Made by a program: the position numbers and the translations under genes. A stretch of DNA of 64,000 bases from Callorhinchus milii (taxonomy: Eukaryota), in the NCBI RefSeq assembly GCF_018977255.1, contig NW_024704743.1, forward strand, positions 28,088,001-28,152,000. Reading direction: 5' to 3'. The notes beneath the pieces are model-generated. The model was given only the letters and a program-made list of their open reading frames with translations. It was not told the DNA's origin and made no database searches. Positions 12,761 to 27,278 of this stretch are shown here, one piece after another (the stretch's first letter is position 1; the number at the start of each line of letters is the position of its first letter).

Positions 12761-13118
12761 CTATCATATTCTGATACCTAAAAATAGATATCTTCTCACT
12801 AGATGTTTCTGATGGGAAATTTCAATGGGAACCCTCCTATGTCTCTTAATTTTGCAAGCCACTTATTTTAATACTTGAAGCACTCGGAAACCATGCACAT
12901 ATGGAACTCTCAATAATTTGGTTTGGATACCCTCAAGCGTGGCAATCGGTTTCCGTGTGTATCAGACATCCGGCTGACCGAAGAAAAACAATGTAATCAT
13001 TTCATATCAATACTGAAGCTCAGTTTGGAATCCTATTCCAAATTATGTACTAATATAATTTTCAAAGCACATTTTCTTACATGTCTTTGTGATGTGACTG
13101 TCTTGTCTCTTCCCGCAG

Positions 13119-13280
13119 GCTAAAGGCTTTGAGCTGGGCTACTTGGCGAAGGTTCCAGAAGTGAAAGACACTGTCCACAAGCAGTCTCTGCTCCACCACA
13201 CTGCTACTATTGTGGTGGAAAAGTTTCCAGATAGTTCAGACCTGTACTCAGAGATCGGGGCCATCACTAGGTCAGCCAAG
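13119..13280 (+). CDS. FHOD3: FHOD3 coding exon, FH2 domain: [54 protein letters not shown]
   Basis: Acceptor tctcttcccgcag|GCT, donor AAG|gtatgt; 162 nt; KVPEVKDT and SLLHH FH2 motifs. Not in the ORF track; translated by hand. Confidence 0.96.
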
Positions 13281-16200
13281 GTATGTCAGTGAGTAAGAAT
13301 TTCTGTCTGTCTGTGATCCAGAGCTTTAAGCTGTATTTTCCAGGCAAGGCAGAAGGCAACTTGTGACATTCTTCTGCCTTTTTACTGAATAAGAGAGTCT
13401 GATTTAAAAAGGGTGCAGAATAGATTCAGAAGCATTCACTGTTGCTAGATGCAATCTAAGGAGTCAGCTGACTGATTGATTCGAGTTGTAATCTACAATA
13501 ATGTAAATGATATTGGGATACTTGGTACCTTGAAACGTAACCCTTATAAAAAGGAAAGAAAGTAATAAAATTGCAAGTGTGCTGAGGCATGAAGCACCAC
13601 AGAGATTTAAGGTTTTTTACTAGAGCCCTTAAATATATTGGCTGCACACTCCACTAATGTGGCTGTGGCCAGGTGCCACTATCAGTCAAGGCACTGGCAC
13701 TGAATTATCTTCTCACAAACTGTATTTGCTCTAGTAATTGTGATTTCCAGTTTGCGATTTTCAAATTGTGAGATTTGCAGAAAATCCCGAATCCCAGACC
13801 AGTGAAACCCAAATAAAGGTGATGATTCAGGTGGACATTGCCAGCCTCTTCTCTGTCTTTGTCGACTTGAGTTTTTCAATTTGATGTTCACAAATCTCAT
13901 GAATGGGGAATTGCAATTAACCTAACAAATCCTTTTTTTTGCAAATGTTGCATTTTAGACAAAATGCCAGGAAGGCAACTCACAAAGTGCTTCACGGGAT
14001 TATCTGTAAAGTAAAGCAACTGTGTGTTTTGCAGACGAATGCAACAGCCAATTTGCACACAGCAATATCCCATGAACAGGAGTACCTATCTTCCCTTTTT
14101 TTGAGGACTTTTTTGAGTACCTGGGGATATTTAACTCCCACCTGAAAACAGGTAGACAAGATAATCGGTTGAATGTCTCATGAGTTGTTAGAGGATATCA
14201 TTTCCAACAATACTATGCACTCCCTGCACAGCAATGGAGTTCTTGCCTGACTTGTGAGTTCAAAATTCTGATGTGGGATTTGAACCCACAATCTTCTAAC
14301 TCACAACCTTCTGACTCAGAGGTGAAAGTGCTGCCAATTGAGCAAAGCTGATGTTTACAAATCCTTCACAAAACTAAATTCCACTTTGCTGCCGGTTATC
14401 AGTTGTACTGCTGTTTTATGAATAAATCAACAATTTGTATTTACGAATACATACTACCCTTCATGCAGAATAGCATTTCAGAGGTGGTGGGAGATTGGTG
14501 GACATATTTTTATTTTAAAAATTACATGTCTTAGTTTGTAGAAATACAAGGGTATTTTACACCTTACACCTCTCCTAAAGCAGACACTGATTTTTTTTCT
14601 CTCAGACTCGCCAGCTATAGGAGTCTGCTGGTCTGATCAGTCTAGGCTGGTGGGGGGGGCGGGGGGGCTGTAACATGATATCAGGATATTTTGTAAATGT
14701 TGCAATTTTACTGCTGTCAAGCCATATATAGTGCAGGTTTACAACTCAGCTGGCCTGTGGTGATACTTTCCCTCACCAGAGTTACTGTATCAATCATAAA
14801 TAAACTACGGACGGACAGTCGACAGGAGCTGGCGTTTGTTAAACTAATTGCCTTATAGTGCACAGGAGCGTGTGTACTCTCTGAGGTCCCTTTATCTTAA
14901 ATAGTTAACCGCTTTACCACCTGGCAAGGAGACCGCCGAGGATTTCGGTGAGCATGTGTGCGCTGTAAAACATATAAGCCCAATAAAAAGGTACGGGCTT
15001 TCCTGCAGCATTTTCTTAGAGAGCCACTGACCTGATTACGAATTGAAACAGCTGACTCTCTGTATCATCCACTCAACTTTTTACACTTTCAGATCGACAT
15101 TTCAGTACAAGCCAAAGCCTCTCTTTTTTATGAGAAGTCAGAAGTCTTGACTGAGGGATTTACCAGCCACCAAACAGAATAGAAACTTGGTGTTTCTCTT
15201 ATTGAGATGGAAATTAAAAATTTTGGGGGGGGCGGCGGGAGGTTTGAGGATGGAAAGTACAATATAATACGATAATCATCCTTGTGTTTGATATAGCGCC
15301 TTATCAAGTCTTCGAGACATCTCAAAAGCACTTCACAGAATATACTGTAAATCGGATTGACTGTATATTTTGCGGCCGAAATTCGTCAGCCAGTTGCGCA
15401 CAGCAGTGTCCCATAAACAGTCGTGGGTTGAGTGACCGATTTTATTATTATTTTTGGGGGGAAGGAAACTCACCACTCCTGAGAACTCATTACCAAGACA
15501 TTTCCCCTTGGAGCGACAAGTTAACAGGAGTTTGCTGCAGGGGAAACATCCAGTCCGCAATCAGTCACCATGCTGTATAAATAATGTTATATTTATATTT
15601 ATAAAGCGCTTCTCACATAGGGAGGATGTCCCAAAATGTTTGACACTGTTGGATGGGCACCCGAACTGGGGGTGGAAGCTGAGAGGGGTGGGCAGGGAAA
15701 AGATCACCAAAAGTGCAAAGAGATGGACCTTAACAAAGAAGTAGATGGTTCTGCTCTGTTTAAATGGAGTGAATCGTGTGGTGTTGTTATAATAAAGTTT
15801 CCTCAACTTCCCTGTGCTCCGAGTTAAAAAATTAATCAGAGTTCCCACTCCCCTTCACAATCCAGCAATGCCTGTTGGAAAGAGTATTGGAAAGTGTGTA
15901 TATATGTATGTCAGGCGAGGACATGTGTATATCAGGCGAGGACAGGTTTGGCTTTGGCAAGTGCTGTTCCCTTTCTCCCCACCCTTCACTGTCAAATAGC
16001 TTGCCAACATTCAATGTCTGATCATTCACATAATAATAATAATCCTTGCATTTGTGTAGTGTGGCCACTTGGGTAAAAGTACCAGATTGTTACCTGGGGC
16101 CCATGCAGTCAAAACCCAGCATGAATCAGCCAGTTGCTTCAGGAGAAAGAGAGAAAATTGCAGTGGAAGGAGGGCAGAAAAGATAACATAAGCAGCTCTG

Positions 16201-16360
16201 TTGCACAATAGTGTTGCAAGAAGTGTTGAGGTTTTAGTGGCACCAGCATTCCGACATGAAAGCCACTGATGCTCAACCTAAATACATAAACCAACAATGG
16301 AAGGCAACGGAGTGAAATAATACGTTGCTTTTTTAAAACAATAATCTCTGTTCTTTTCAG

Positions 16361-16551
16361 GTTGACTTTGATCAGCTCCAGGAAAATCTTTGCCAACTGG
16401 AGAGGAGGTGCAAAGCCTCGTGGGATCACCTGAAAGCTATTGCAAAGCATGAAATGAAACCTGTCCTGAAGCAGAAAATGTCTGAGTTCCTGAAAGACTG
16501 TGCCGAGAGAATCATCATTTTAAAAATTGTTCACAGAAGAATAGTAAATAG
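16361..16551 (+). CDS. FHOD3: FHOD3 coding exon, FH2 domain: VDFDQLQENLCQLERRCKASWDHLKAIAKHEMKPVLKQKMSEFLKDCAERIIILKIVHRRIVN(R)
   Basis: Acceptor ctgttcttttcag|GTT, donor AG|gtatgg; 191 nt, ends in phase 2, matching the next exon. Confidence 0.96.
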
Positions 16552-19500
16552 GTATGGAATGCGTTCCCTTCTTGTTTGCTCCCCTCCCCAATCCAGGAAT
16601 ACGTCATCACTTTCCCTTGGTCAGTTTTGTTTCTTATATGAGAAATGTAAAGTACTTTTAACTATTGGTTTTGACCTCAACTGGTGGATGTTTGTGTGGA
16701 ATACAATACCTATATGAACCAGTTAGGCCGAATGATTTGTTTCTGTACTCTATGTAATTCTATGTAACAGTGCTAGAGAACTGATTGCCAGTACATTTAC
16801 CAAACATTGGATGCTGGAAACACCTCATGTATTTCTTGGGCTGAAGAAATGGTTTTAAAACATACAGGATTCTGAGGAAGGGTCTTCAAATTAGCTTTCA
16901 TTTGGAGGCCAATTTTCTGCTCTACCTAAATAGGACTGAAAATGCGGCTTCCAAAATAACAGAGCGAGTCCCAATCAATCTTGAATTTTAAGAAAATGGT
17001 CTTAAATCTAAGGACAACACAAGGCCCTTCAGTCCATCGAGCCTATTCCACCAGTTTATTCTTTTCATTATGTTAATCCCAATGCACCGCCCTTTCACCG
17101 TGCCCTTATTATCTTTACTACTGAAGTGTCCTTCTTTCATTCTTTTAAACATCCAACTGAAACATTTTCAGTGTTCGTATGTAATCTGCAGGGCTGGAAG
17201 ATTCTGTTCACTTTGACCTTGCTGGCAGTTCAACTGCAATGTTGAGACTTCACTTTCTTACTGATTGTCCTGTTTGATGGCACAGTTAAAGTGTTCTCAT
17301 TTTTCAGAACACTCTGAGATCCCATTCTCTGCCATAATCCTCACAGCCAAATGCAGCACTAAGCAAAAAACACAGGAAGAAAGAGAGAGAAAATCAGGTT
17401 AGCATTGCCCAAGACTGCTGCCACAGATCCTTGTACAGAGCAACAACATGCAGAGGCCTAGAGCAGTTTCTCTTTACAGGTCAGGTAGAGATGTAGAGAA
17501 CATAGGGAGAAAATAAAATAACTTACAACTAACATACCCAATCCAGTTACCAAATTTGTATACCTTCTTAGGACTTAATTTGTAATTTATTAATAATACT
17601 TCATAACATGTTATTTTCCAGTAGTAGACATTATTACAGGATATTTTCGAGCCTTTTTCTGCTGTGGTTCACTGGATTTGAAGCTGGGCTTTTACCCCAA
17701 GGTTATACCATTATTTTCCTCACTGCAGTTTCTTATCACCATGAATAATATTTCATGGCTGTTTTAAACTCACTCATGCCGTACCGTGCTCACAAAATAA
17801 TCTTTGCTCTATTTCCGCTGTGCTCCCAAGTGCCCTGACATTTGGGGTGGGGCGGGGAGGGAGAAGGGAGAGAATATTGAATATCTTCACTTTCTAGAAT
17901 TTTCCAGGTCGCTAACTCGCTTCTTGTCCAAGCTTTATGACCTGTCCAACCTTCAGATCCAGTGGGAATGATGTCTGGACGGGCTGTAATTAGCAGGATT
18001 TCTTAATGGGATGTCTTGTTAAAGAATTCCCATTGACTTGTGAGAACTGAACTCGGTAGGTTGATTGCCTCAGACACCTGTGGGTCGATGGGATCCACTT
18101 CTGGGGTTACAAGATGGACTTCCCTCTTGCGCTACTCGGATCCTTTGTTAAGAAATCGGTTAAGAAATACAGCAAATTCGATCCCATGAATATTGTCAAT
18201 TAGATTCACCTTTAGTAACATAGAAGAATGCCAGTATTGCAGAATAAGCCGTGCAAATTTCTATCCTCAAATAGATATTGTTGCAAGTCGAGTATTATCT
18301 CTGCTAAATCTGCCCATAAGTTCCATTTGATGTGAGGATGTGTTTGAAGTTTCTCCTTTGTTTATTTTTCGACTGAATATTTAACAGCATTTCTATTGAA
18401 GTCCTCGCGGTGCTGTTTCATTCCATCTGTTCCTCATTCCCACAATGCTGCACATCTGTGACATTTGCTTGATTCCCCCAAATGGGGAGGGAGACAACAG
18501 CGCAGGCTACAATTAAAGGCTCGTGTGCGGCCCATCCTGCCAAAAGACAGTCTGGGTCATTGAAGAGCAAAGGTCAGAGGTCCAGCCTATCCTCAGTTTG
18601 ACAGGACTAACTCTCATCACATCTGGAGCCAGTTCACTGGCAGGCATCCCCCAGTAGGACTGAAATTATCATATTTATCAGAGCCTCATTCATAAGAAAC
18701 ACTCATCTTGCATTTCACCCCCAATATATGCAGACAATTCACTTTACAGTATATTCTGTGAAGCGATTTGAGACGTCTCAAAGGCATGATAAGGCACTAT
18801 ATCAATTGCAAGGATTATTATTACCTGTAACAAGTCAGATACATTGAGAATCACTTGCTAGCTATCAAAATTATTCCTGATATGAAAGAGACAAACAGCA
18901 TTACATTTCAACCATTCAGTTTCCTTTTTCTTTTTTATAGTTGTTACAATACAATTTACACTTATCTAATAGTGGCTTCCAGATTGGGAGGATGTCCCAA
19001 AGCACTCAAGGATTTATCAGAGCCTATTGGATCCAACTAGAAAAAGAAAAAAAGTGTATTTGATATGGTGATTTATCATGTTGAAATGTCTTAAAGCCCT
19101 TCACAAACAGTTACTGTCAAGCACAGTGACTGTTTTGTGGACAAACTTAGCAGCAAAGACCAACAAACAGCCGTGAGGTGAACAACCAATTCATCTGGAG
19201 GATTAATTGACCAGGACACCAGGAGAGAAACTCCCTTCTCTTTTATAAGTGTAACTCACATGTTTCTCTGGTGTTGGAAATTTCAGAGAGAAACCACCCT
19301 CTGAAAGATGACAGTAACGCAGTCTTGTGTTCATTCCTAAGCAAAAGTGGCCACTAGTCAAACTGGACCAGATTTTCATTTTTCTCGCCTTCTTATCTGT
19401 TTTTATAACTAGATTTTTTTTTTAAAAATTACCTTTTCAGTGTCCTTTGCCAATACTATGACATTTTGGCCATGTGCTTTTTTTAAAAAAAAGGCTGTGA

Positions 19501-20719
19501 TCAATGCTCCTCCATGATCAGTTGATGTGAGGCATACTTTTGCAAGGTGCTGCTGTTCCTGATGTCTTCCATCCCATTCCTCTGTCTCTCTCCTACCCCA
19601 ACAATTGCTTTGTACACACAAAGTGTTCCATCTAAAAGCCCGGGCCAGCAGGACAGATCTTAACTCAAGGAGTATTGAATTTTAATGACAGTCAAGGCCT
19701 GCATTCAAAGTTAAAAAGGGTTTTACTTTTTTAAAGGTGTTTACAGTTTACACTGAAATGGTAATCTATACACTGGTTGATTTGTACCTAAATTGGCTGA
19801 TTTAAGGTTAACAAGTAAGAAACAAGAAAATAACCATATTACCCCCTATGAGTCATTTTTTTCCAGTAGATCTTCTACAGTTTAAGCACTCCATGACAAG
19901 TTGTTGTTATTGTTGCCAGTGCCTTGGGATGCCCTCTTGATGTGAAAGGTGCTACAGAAATGGAGCTTTGTATTGTATCATGTTGTTGTTTTCTACATTG
20001 ATGAACTGTCACTAAGTTATCAGTTTGCGTATATATTGTATGTAAAAAAATCCTATCATTTCACAAACTCTTCTTCACCTGAGTCGTTGACTCATGTTGA
20101 GATACAAGTCCACAGTCTCACATCTTCTGGTACCTCATCCAGCAAAGAGGGTGACACCCACTGTGAATGTCAGTAGCATATATGACTTTGAGGGACATTG
20201 CAGTTCACATCAGTGTTGCCCTCAGCCAATTCCATAGTGGATCACTATCTAGTGACCAGGAGTAGGTACCTCAGCTCACTCCACTCACTAGTCCAGAATC
20301 ACTGAGGTTACAAACCTGACTTAGATCAGCCAATAAAACAGACCAGAAGCCGCAAATTCCATCTAGTGTCATTCTGTAAGACCCTGTTGCTTTAAAATAA
20401 GGCTCGGGTATTAAATTTGGGCATTTCCTGATTTGCAGATCTTAAAATACCAGTACATCTCTTCACTGACACATCGAATGGAAGCCCATTTAACACTCAA
20501 TATTGATCCTAATAATAACCAACAGCTCATTCAAAGGAAATATGGTAGAATTGCTTTCACTCTTACTATAACCTGTTGGCAGTCTATGAAAAGATTGTTA
20601 TAGCCTATTCTGTGAAGCGCATTGAGAAGTCTAGAAGACATGAAAAAGCACTAGCTATATCAAATGCAAGGATTATTATTATTATAAAGAGTGTTTCCTT
20701 CCCTCACTTTTGTTTCTAG

Positions 20720-20912
20720 ATTTCATGCATTTCTGCTGTTTATGGGCCATCCCCCATATGCCATCCGAGAAGCCAGCATTCACAGGTTCTGTAAGATAAT
20801 CAGCGAGTTTGCCCTGGAATATCGCACCACCAGAGAGAGAGTCTTACAGCAAAAGCAGAAGAGAGCCAACCACAGAGAAAGAAACAAGACCAGGGGCAAA
20901 ATGATCACAGAT
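20720..20912 (+). CDS. FHOD3: FHOD3 coding exon, end of FH2: (R)[64 protein letters not shown]
   Basis: Acceptor ttttgtttctag|A, donor GAT|gtaagt; 193 nt (1+192) completes the split Arg codon; EFALEYRT and [15 protein letters not shown] motifs. Confidence 0.96.
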
Positions 20913-23900
20913 GTAAGTTGTGGCATTTGTTTGCAATTAAATATTGACTGGTTTGACACAGGCATGATGGTGACCGAATTGTCCCTTTCAGTGCATAAAA
21001 TGTTTTTGCTTCTATGGCGCTCCAGTGATCTCCTCACCGAGGCTGGTGACCCTCGTGTCAGATGGGGTAAGGAATGTGGAGCACACTCTGCTTTGCAGAG
21101 CACTTCTACTCTAGAAACCATTAGCCCTTCTCAGAAATGAGTTTGGTTTTCAATGTGCTCCCAGGTGAGGAGGCATTGCTGGACAGATCATTAATAAAAC
21201 GATCTGTCATACTCATGTGAAGCTATTCAGTAACCCCAGTGTGATAGATGGGTGATAAGAGTCACGTGATTGCTAACTCTGTTCTGCATTTCTTATTTAG
21301 AAGCTGGAAATATATTGGAGTTTGTTAATTGGACTTGTTAGATCTCATTAACAGGGGATTTTGATGCTGATTGTTGGGAAGAAAGAGCATTTAAGAGAAA
21401 CAGTGAAAAGGCAGAGATGGACTTAAAAGATCTGTCATGATGTAATAAGTAGCAGAACAGGTTCAGTGGGCATGTCAGACCTTCTTTTGTCACTATTATT
21501 CTTCCTCTCCTATTTGTAATGGACTGCAAGTGATTCTCCATTCTGGCACCAGTATTAATGACAGTCAAGCAGAAAACTATTATTCTCTTTCCTTTTTGCG
21601 TGGTGCAGAGGGAGAAATGAAAACAATATGTGAAAAAAGTAAGACATTTTGACTATCATTTAGAGTGTGTGTGTGTTTTAGCATTTCCACATACTCTATT
21701 TGAAGTTTGGGATGAGTGAACTGACCAAGATTTAGATGTTCATTTCTGTTCTGTTTTGCTGATCTCAAATTGAAACCACCTCTGAATTTGAAACAAAAAC
21801 TTCAACTCACCTGCCCCCTCAAAAAAGGAAACATGCCTTATCTATGCCAATTATTGGATATTGAAGTCTTGAGCAAAATCAGACAAACACAGACTTGAAC
21901 ACTTACAATAAAATACAATTTATATTTCATGTAGCTTCCACATCAGGAGTTAGTCTCAAAACATTGACAATGTTGGTTGGGCACTTTTATGGCTTTGAAA
22001 CAAAACCCATATTTATCCACAGAAATATGGAAAAGCTACATTTAGTCTACTCCCTTTCCCTGTTATATCCCCTATCCAAACATTTCCAGTAGATTCAGGT
22101 TCAGGTTTGCGAGTGTCACTACTGGAACACTGTTAAGTAGATGTAGGTGATTTCAAAAGTTGTAGGTGAGTTATTCCCACCACCATGTGGTCCTACCTCA
22201 GCAAACTAACCTTCCTCAGCAAAACTGATGTCTTGAAAATGAGGAATATTAAAGGGACCGAGATAGAAAGTGGGGTTAAACCAAGTGGCTCACCAGTGCA
22301 GATTTAATGGGCTGAATGGTACCGTTTCTGTGATACAGTATGGCATGATTCTATGACAAACCTCACTTGAGGAAACGATAACTCTCACTTGTGTGAAATT
22401 ACAGTAATCTTTGCATTGTGCTCTTGCCTACCTAGGAATAATGTTAAAAAACATACTGAAAATGGGATAAACCAAGGATAAAGTAAATATAATGTGAAAG
22501 GCATTGTACTGAATTACAGAGTTTGACTCTTGACTCAAAGGACACCAAGGCAATTCACCGCCTACTTTATTTGTTGCTCAAAGCCATGTAATCCCCTGGC
22601 TCTTCATATATTTGACCAGTTGGAATGTGTGTTCTACCCAGGAAAATAAATAGATCCAGCCCTAAGTACATAAACATTTAATTTGGCGTTTGTAGTGAGT
22701 AAAAATTCTGGCAGTAGAAACCAAAAAATTTTTAAATTATTTCCTCAAGTACTATTTTAGCATCAAAATCCGGCCTTATTGTTGTGTAACTTATGACCTG
22801 ACAGAGACTGAACTTTGCAGAAGAGAGACATAGAATCAAGGAAACAGCCGATCAAGTCATGACTGATGTTTTACTCTGGGTGAGCCACCTAGTCTAATCC
22901 TACTCTCCTGCTTGCTTCCTCTACCCTTGAATATTCCTCTTTTGCAAGACATCAGGTTTGCTGGGGAAGGTTAGCTTGTTGAGGATGGACCACCAACAGG
23001 AATAAATCATCTACAATTATTTCTGATTCACTGTATTCTATCAACTACTCATAAAGCTGCAGTATGGTGCTCTGAACATCTGCTGCTCAGAGTTGGACAG
23101 TACTGCACTGTATTCTGGTCCTGCCATGATCAATTGTGTGTGTTGTGTGGGTGCACAAATTAGATGATGTTTTGAATTGTACTACTGGTTCCATTTGTAA
23201 GCAGGCAAATTGTTAAAATCTGAATGTGTACTGCTGTGCCAAGATTTTTCACATGGAAATACCAACGTGCACGATAAAGCTGCCAGTGTGGGCCTCCCGG
23301 TTGGTAAGTCAGAAATTTTAGAATAGGAAAAGTCCATTAGCTTTAACCAGCCATTTCCCTTTTGGCTGTACATTGTTACTGCTCAGTATGGAACCAAGGC
23401 ATCGCTCCAAGGAAGTCTCATTTTCAGTTTCTGCTTCATCTGAGTTTAGCTGCACTCAGCTAGCGATGCTGTGGAGGTGCTACAGGCCCAGTTCCAACCC
23501 TCACTCCCCACCATTCCTTTCTAGTCTGGGAGAAAACGAATGAGCCAGAGCTCCTGTGTTTGATGGCTTTTCAGTGATGGGTAAGTCAAAGTCCAAGGAG
23601 GTCAATTGATGAGGACAGGATCAGGCTCAGTTCCACGGTTGAACTCGTTACTTTTGAGATGAACGTGAAGAATAGGCACTTGTGTGAGGTTGGGATGGTG
23701 GGTATGTGTGAAAATGTACCTCATTACCTGAAAAATATGAATAAATTACAGGGAAGCACAACAACTTTGCTCACAAATATAGTCAATTCACTTTACAGTA
23801 TATTCTGTGAAGCGCTTTGAGACGTCCAGAAGACGAGAAAAGCACTATATCAAATGCAAGGATTATTATTATTTATATATCACTCTTGACTCGGGTAGCA

Positions 23901-26900
23901 TCTCAGAGCGCTTTAAAGTGCATTTCTTTTTTTCCTGATGATTTCCTCAGGTACCATTTTAGTATCAAAATCCAGACTTGTGTAAATTGTGACCTGAGGG
24001 AGGCTGAGGTTTGCAGACGAGACCCATACAATCATAGAATCAAGGAGACTGGCCATTCAGCCATTAACAACAATAGCTTGCATTTATATAGGGCCCTTCA
24101 CACGGATACTGTCTTCGAGCATTTTAAAGTACATTTTTCGAAAAAAGGTAATTCGTTCAAAAGTTCAAGCACTCTGGGACGCTATCGTGTGTGAGGGACG
24201 CTATATAAGTTCAAGTTGTTGTTGTACCTAGTGGCAACATTTGCTTGTAAATCTTTTTGCAAAACAATTAAAAAACACACATTTTGGCAATACACCATCC
24301 CATGGCTCAATAGTGACTGGTTGGAAAGAGCTAATTGTTCTGTCAGTAGAGAATTTGCCTTCTCGATTGTTATAAAGTTCATTTTTTTTCTAAATCAATT
24401 CACAGATTGTGAAGTTTTCATTTCATCTTTCTATGCTCTGCAGCAGATAAACTCTGGAAAATAAACAATAATTTGCATTTATACACAGCCCTTTATGCGA
24501 AGTAGAGTCTCAGAGTGCTGAATAGTGGCAGAGTTTGATGGAGATAAAGGGAAGGTGAGGAAATTCGTCAGGTGCGATTTGAAGACGGGTAAAGAGGGGT
24601 CAAGAGAGAGGGATTGAGACAAGGAGATCAGGAGGTAAACATCAAGCAAAAGACTTAAAAGCCTGTCTAGGAACACAAATTTACAATTACATCATCTCTA
24701 CTTCAGGAGTAACAAAGATGGCAGTGATCCAGGTCTGAAGAGGAAGATTCCACTTCCCCGGAAGGGAGCACTGCCACCTAATGGTCATTTACCTGGCATA
24801 AATGAACACAACGCTATACATAAAACATTGCAAACACACTCTTCACATACCCACCTACCTACCCACCAACTCTTCTCACAGCGACAAACAGATACCTCGT
24901 ACACACTTCACACATTGCATTGCAAGCCTGCAATTCGCCTCTACCCACAAAAAGTGCCACGTGTTTGAGGCCAGCAAGCAATAGGTTGCAGTGCATGTAT
25001 ATATAGCTCAGTAATTCTCCTATCCATGGCTTTGCACACTTTACACAGTAACTGGGCCTACTATTCATGATAAGGCACTATATCAATGCAAGGATTATTA
25101 CTACTCTTCACTCCCTTCACACACGCACTCTTGCCACACACACCTCACATACACAACACACACAAACACACACACACTGCACTGCTTGCCTGCTATTCCC
25201 CTGCCCCGCAAAGAGCACACAGTGACATGGACGTGCTTTGTACCTTTCTCCTCTCATGCACATACCACACAACAATACAAGTACATGGTGTACCTGGCAT
25301 TTTCTCTTTCTCTCCGCACAGTCACGAGTATCTTTCAGCGGATTACTGAATAGCAATCAGGAGTGGAAACACTGGCTGAATTTCCTCTGTTAAATTCCAG
25401 AAGTGAGTTCTAAATCAATTCACAGATTGTGAAGTTTTTTTGCCTCATCTCCAATACAACTTCACTCCAACTTTTCCTAGACAAAACACTGGAGAAAAAT
25501 AATATACTTTTCATTGAATGCATCAAATCTAACCTTCTCCATCTTTGGAATATTGGCTGGAGTCTGTTATATTTCACTGGGTACTGTTCTATGCCTTGGA
25601 ATCACAGAAATTTGCAACACAGAAGGACCTTGTTTGGCCCATCGTGCCTATGTCACCATAATGTCACCAGATCATTAAGCACTGATGCTCCTTGGTGAGA
25701 TAAATGCTGTCTGCACTACCAGTGCTGTAAATCTCCAGATGNAAAAAAATGAGACAAAATACTCCAACCAACATAACGTATTTCCAGCTGAGATTGCGTG
25801 CATATGTACTATGCACACAGCTGTGAGTGATATATTGCACACCAGTTAACCAGCAGGGATCCATGCTGGTGGGATTGTTGGTTAAAGAGAACATTTGCTT
25901 GTTCTCTACACATAGTTATCAATTACCAAATATGGAATCATATCATAACAAGTGTTCCAACTCACTGATACTGCAATGCCTCACTGATGATAACTCTGCA
26001 AGCACTGACTCAGGCTCTCTCATTGCAAACTTTGGCCTTGTGACTCCTATTGCAAAGATTCTCAGGAATAAGCAAATGTATGCATATAAGTAAGACTGTA
26101 TCCAAAATGTTTACAATACTGCTGCATAAATTGTCAAGGGAGGGAGCAGAGAGCCAAGACAAATTTGGGCAGGGACTGGGGGAAGCAAACTGAATTTATT
26201 CAGTTACAGGCTTTATGGGGTGTGGGGTGTACACTGCCACATGTAACAAAGCTCTGGTGTCTCTTTTGTCACTGTTGACTCTTGGGGCTCTTAGTAATCA
26301 TACTTATTTTTTGAATTTGCCTCTCTGGTCAACTATTCCATTCAAACCTGAACGACTGCATATTTGTTAATCATCAGAATTCACTCAGTGATCTTAGCCA
26401 TTGCTGACAATCTGATTATTCTTTAGGAACCAAATGTCCTCTTCAGCTTTCATAATCCACACCTGTTTTCTATCTTGGAACATCTGTGAAACAGTTTTGC
26501 AACCTTCTGATGTGAAACCACTGAAATTAGAAAAACGTCCAGAGCTAAAAAACCACCTCAAATGCATTTTATGTTTGAAGACACAAAGCCTTTTAATTTT
26601 TTTTATCTCGTTGCAGAATCTCCCCTCTCAAACATTTGAGAGTTAGCAAATTCAGTCACTTTGGAGTGGCCGATAACTTTATCCAAAGGGAAATTTAAAG
26701 GCTGGGTGGGAAGAGCTAAAGTAATTGCCACACTTTTGTCTCCCAAGCTCAGTACCAGGAGGATAGTGTTATTCTCAAAGTGCACAGCATAATAGCTTAT
26801 GACTCAGTTACAGACCAGACTATGGCTTTACCCACTAGGCAGTCAGGGATCAGTGTTTGTAATCTCTGAGGGAAATTTGGTTCCTATTATTTATTCCAGA

Positions 26901-27278
26901 ATTTCTGTATGAAAATTGCTGACAGAGAGAGAGATGTAGGATAGCAATTCTCAACCTGGTTTTTTAGCACCTTATTATATCCTCCCAACGTGAAAGGCAC
27001 TATATAAATGCAATTTATTATTGTTGATATTTTAAACAGGGTCTTAACTAATTGGTGGTGAAAATTGTTAAATTCAGCCTGAATTCCGAAGCGGGATTTT
27101 CTCAGTTCTTAAAAAGAGCTGCTTTTGAAATATTGAAAAATCTGTTGTGTGCCTCACTCGTCTAAATTTATAGAACATAAGAATTGTGTGAAAATTTGGC
27201 TCATAGGTGTGGTTTAAGTGCTCTGAGATGCCGTCCGGCGTGAAGGCCTCTATATAAATGCAAGTTGTTGTTGTGGTT

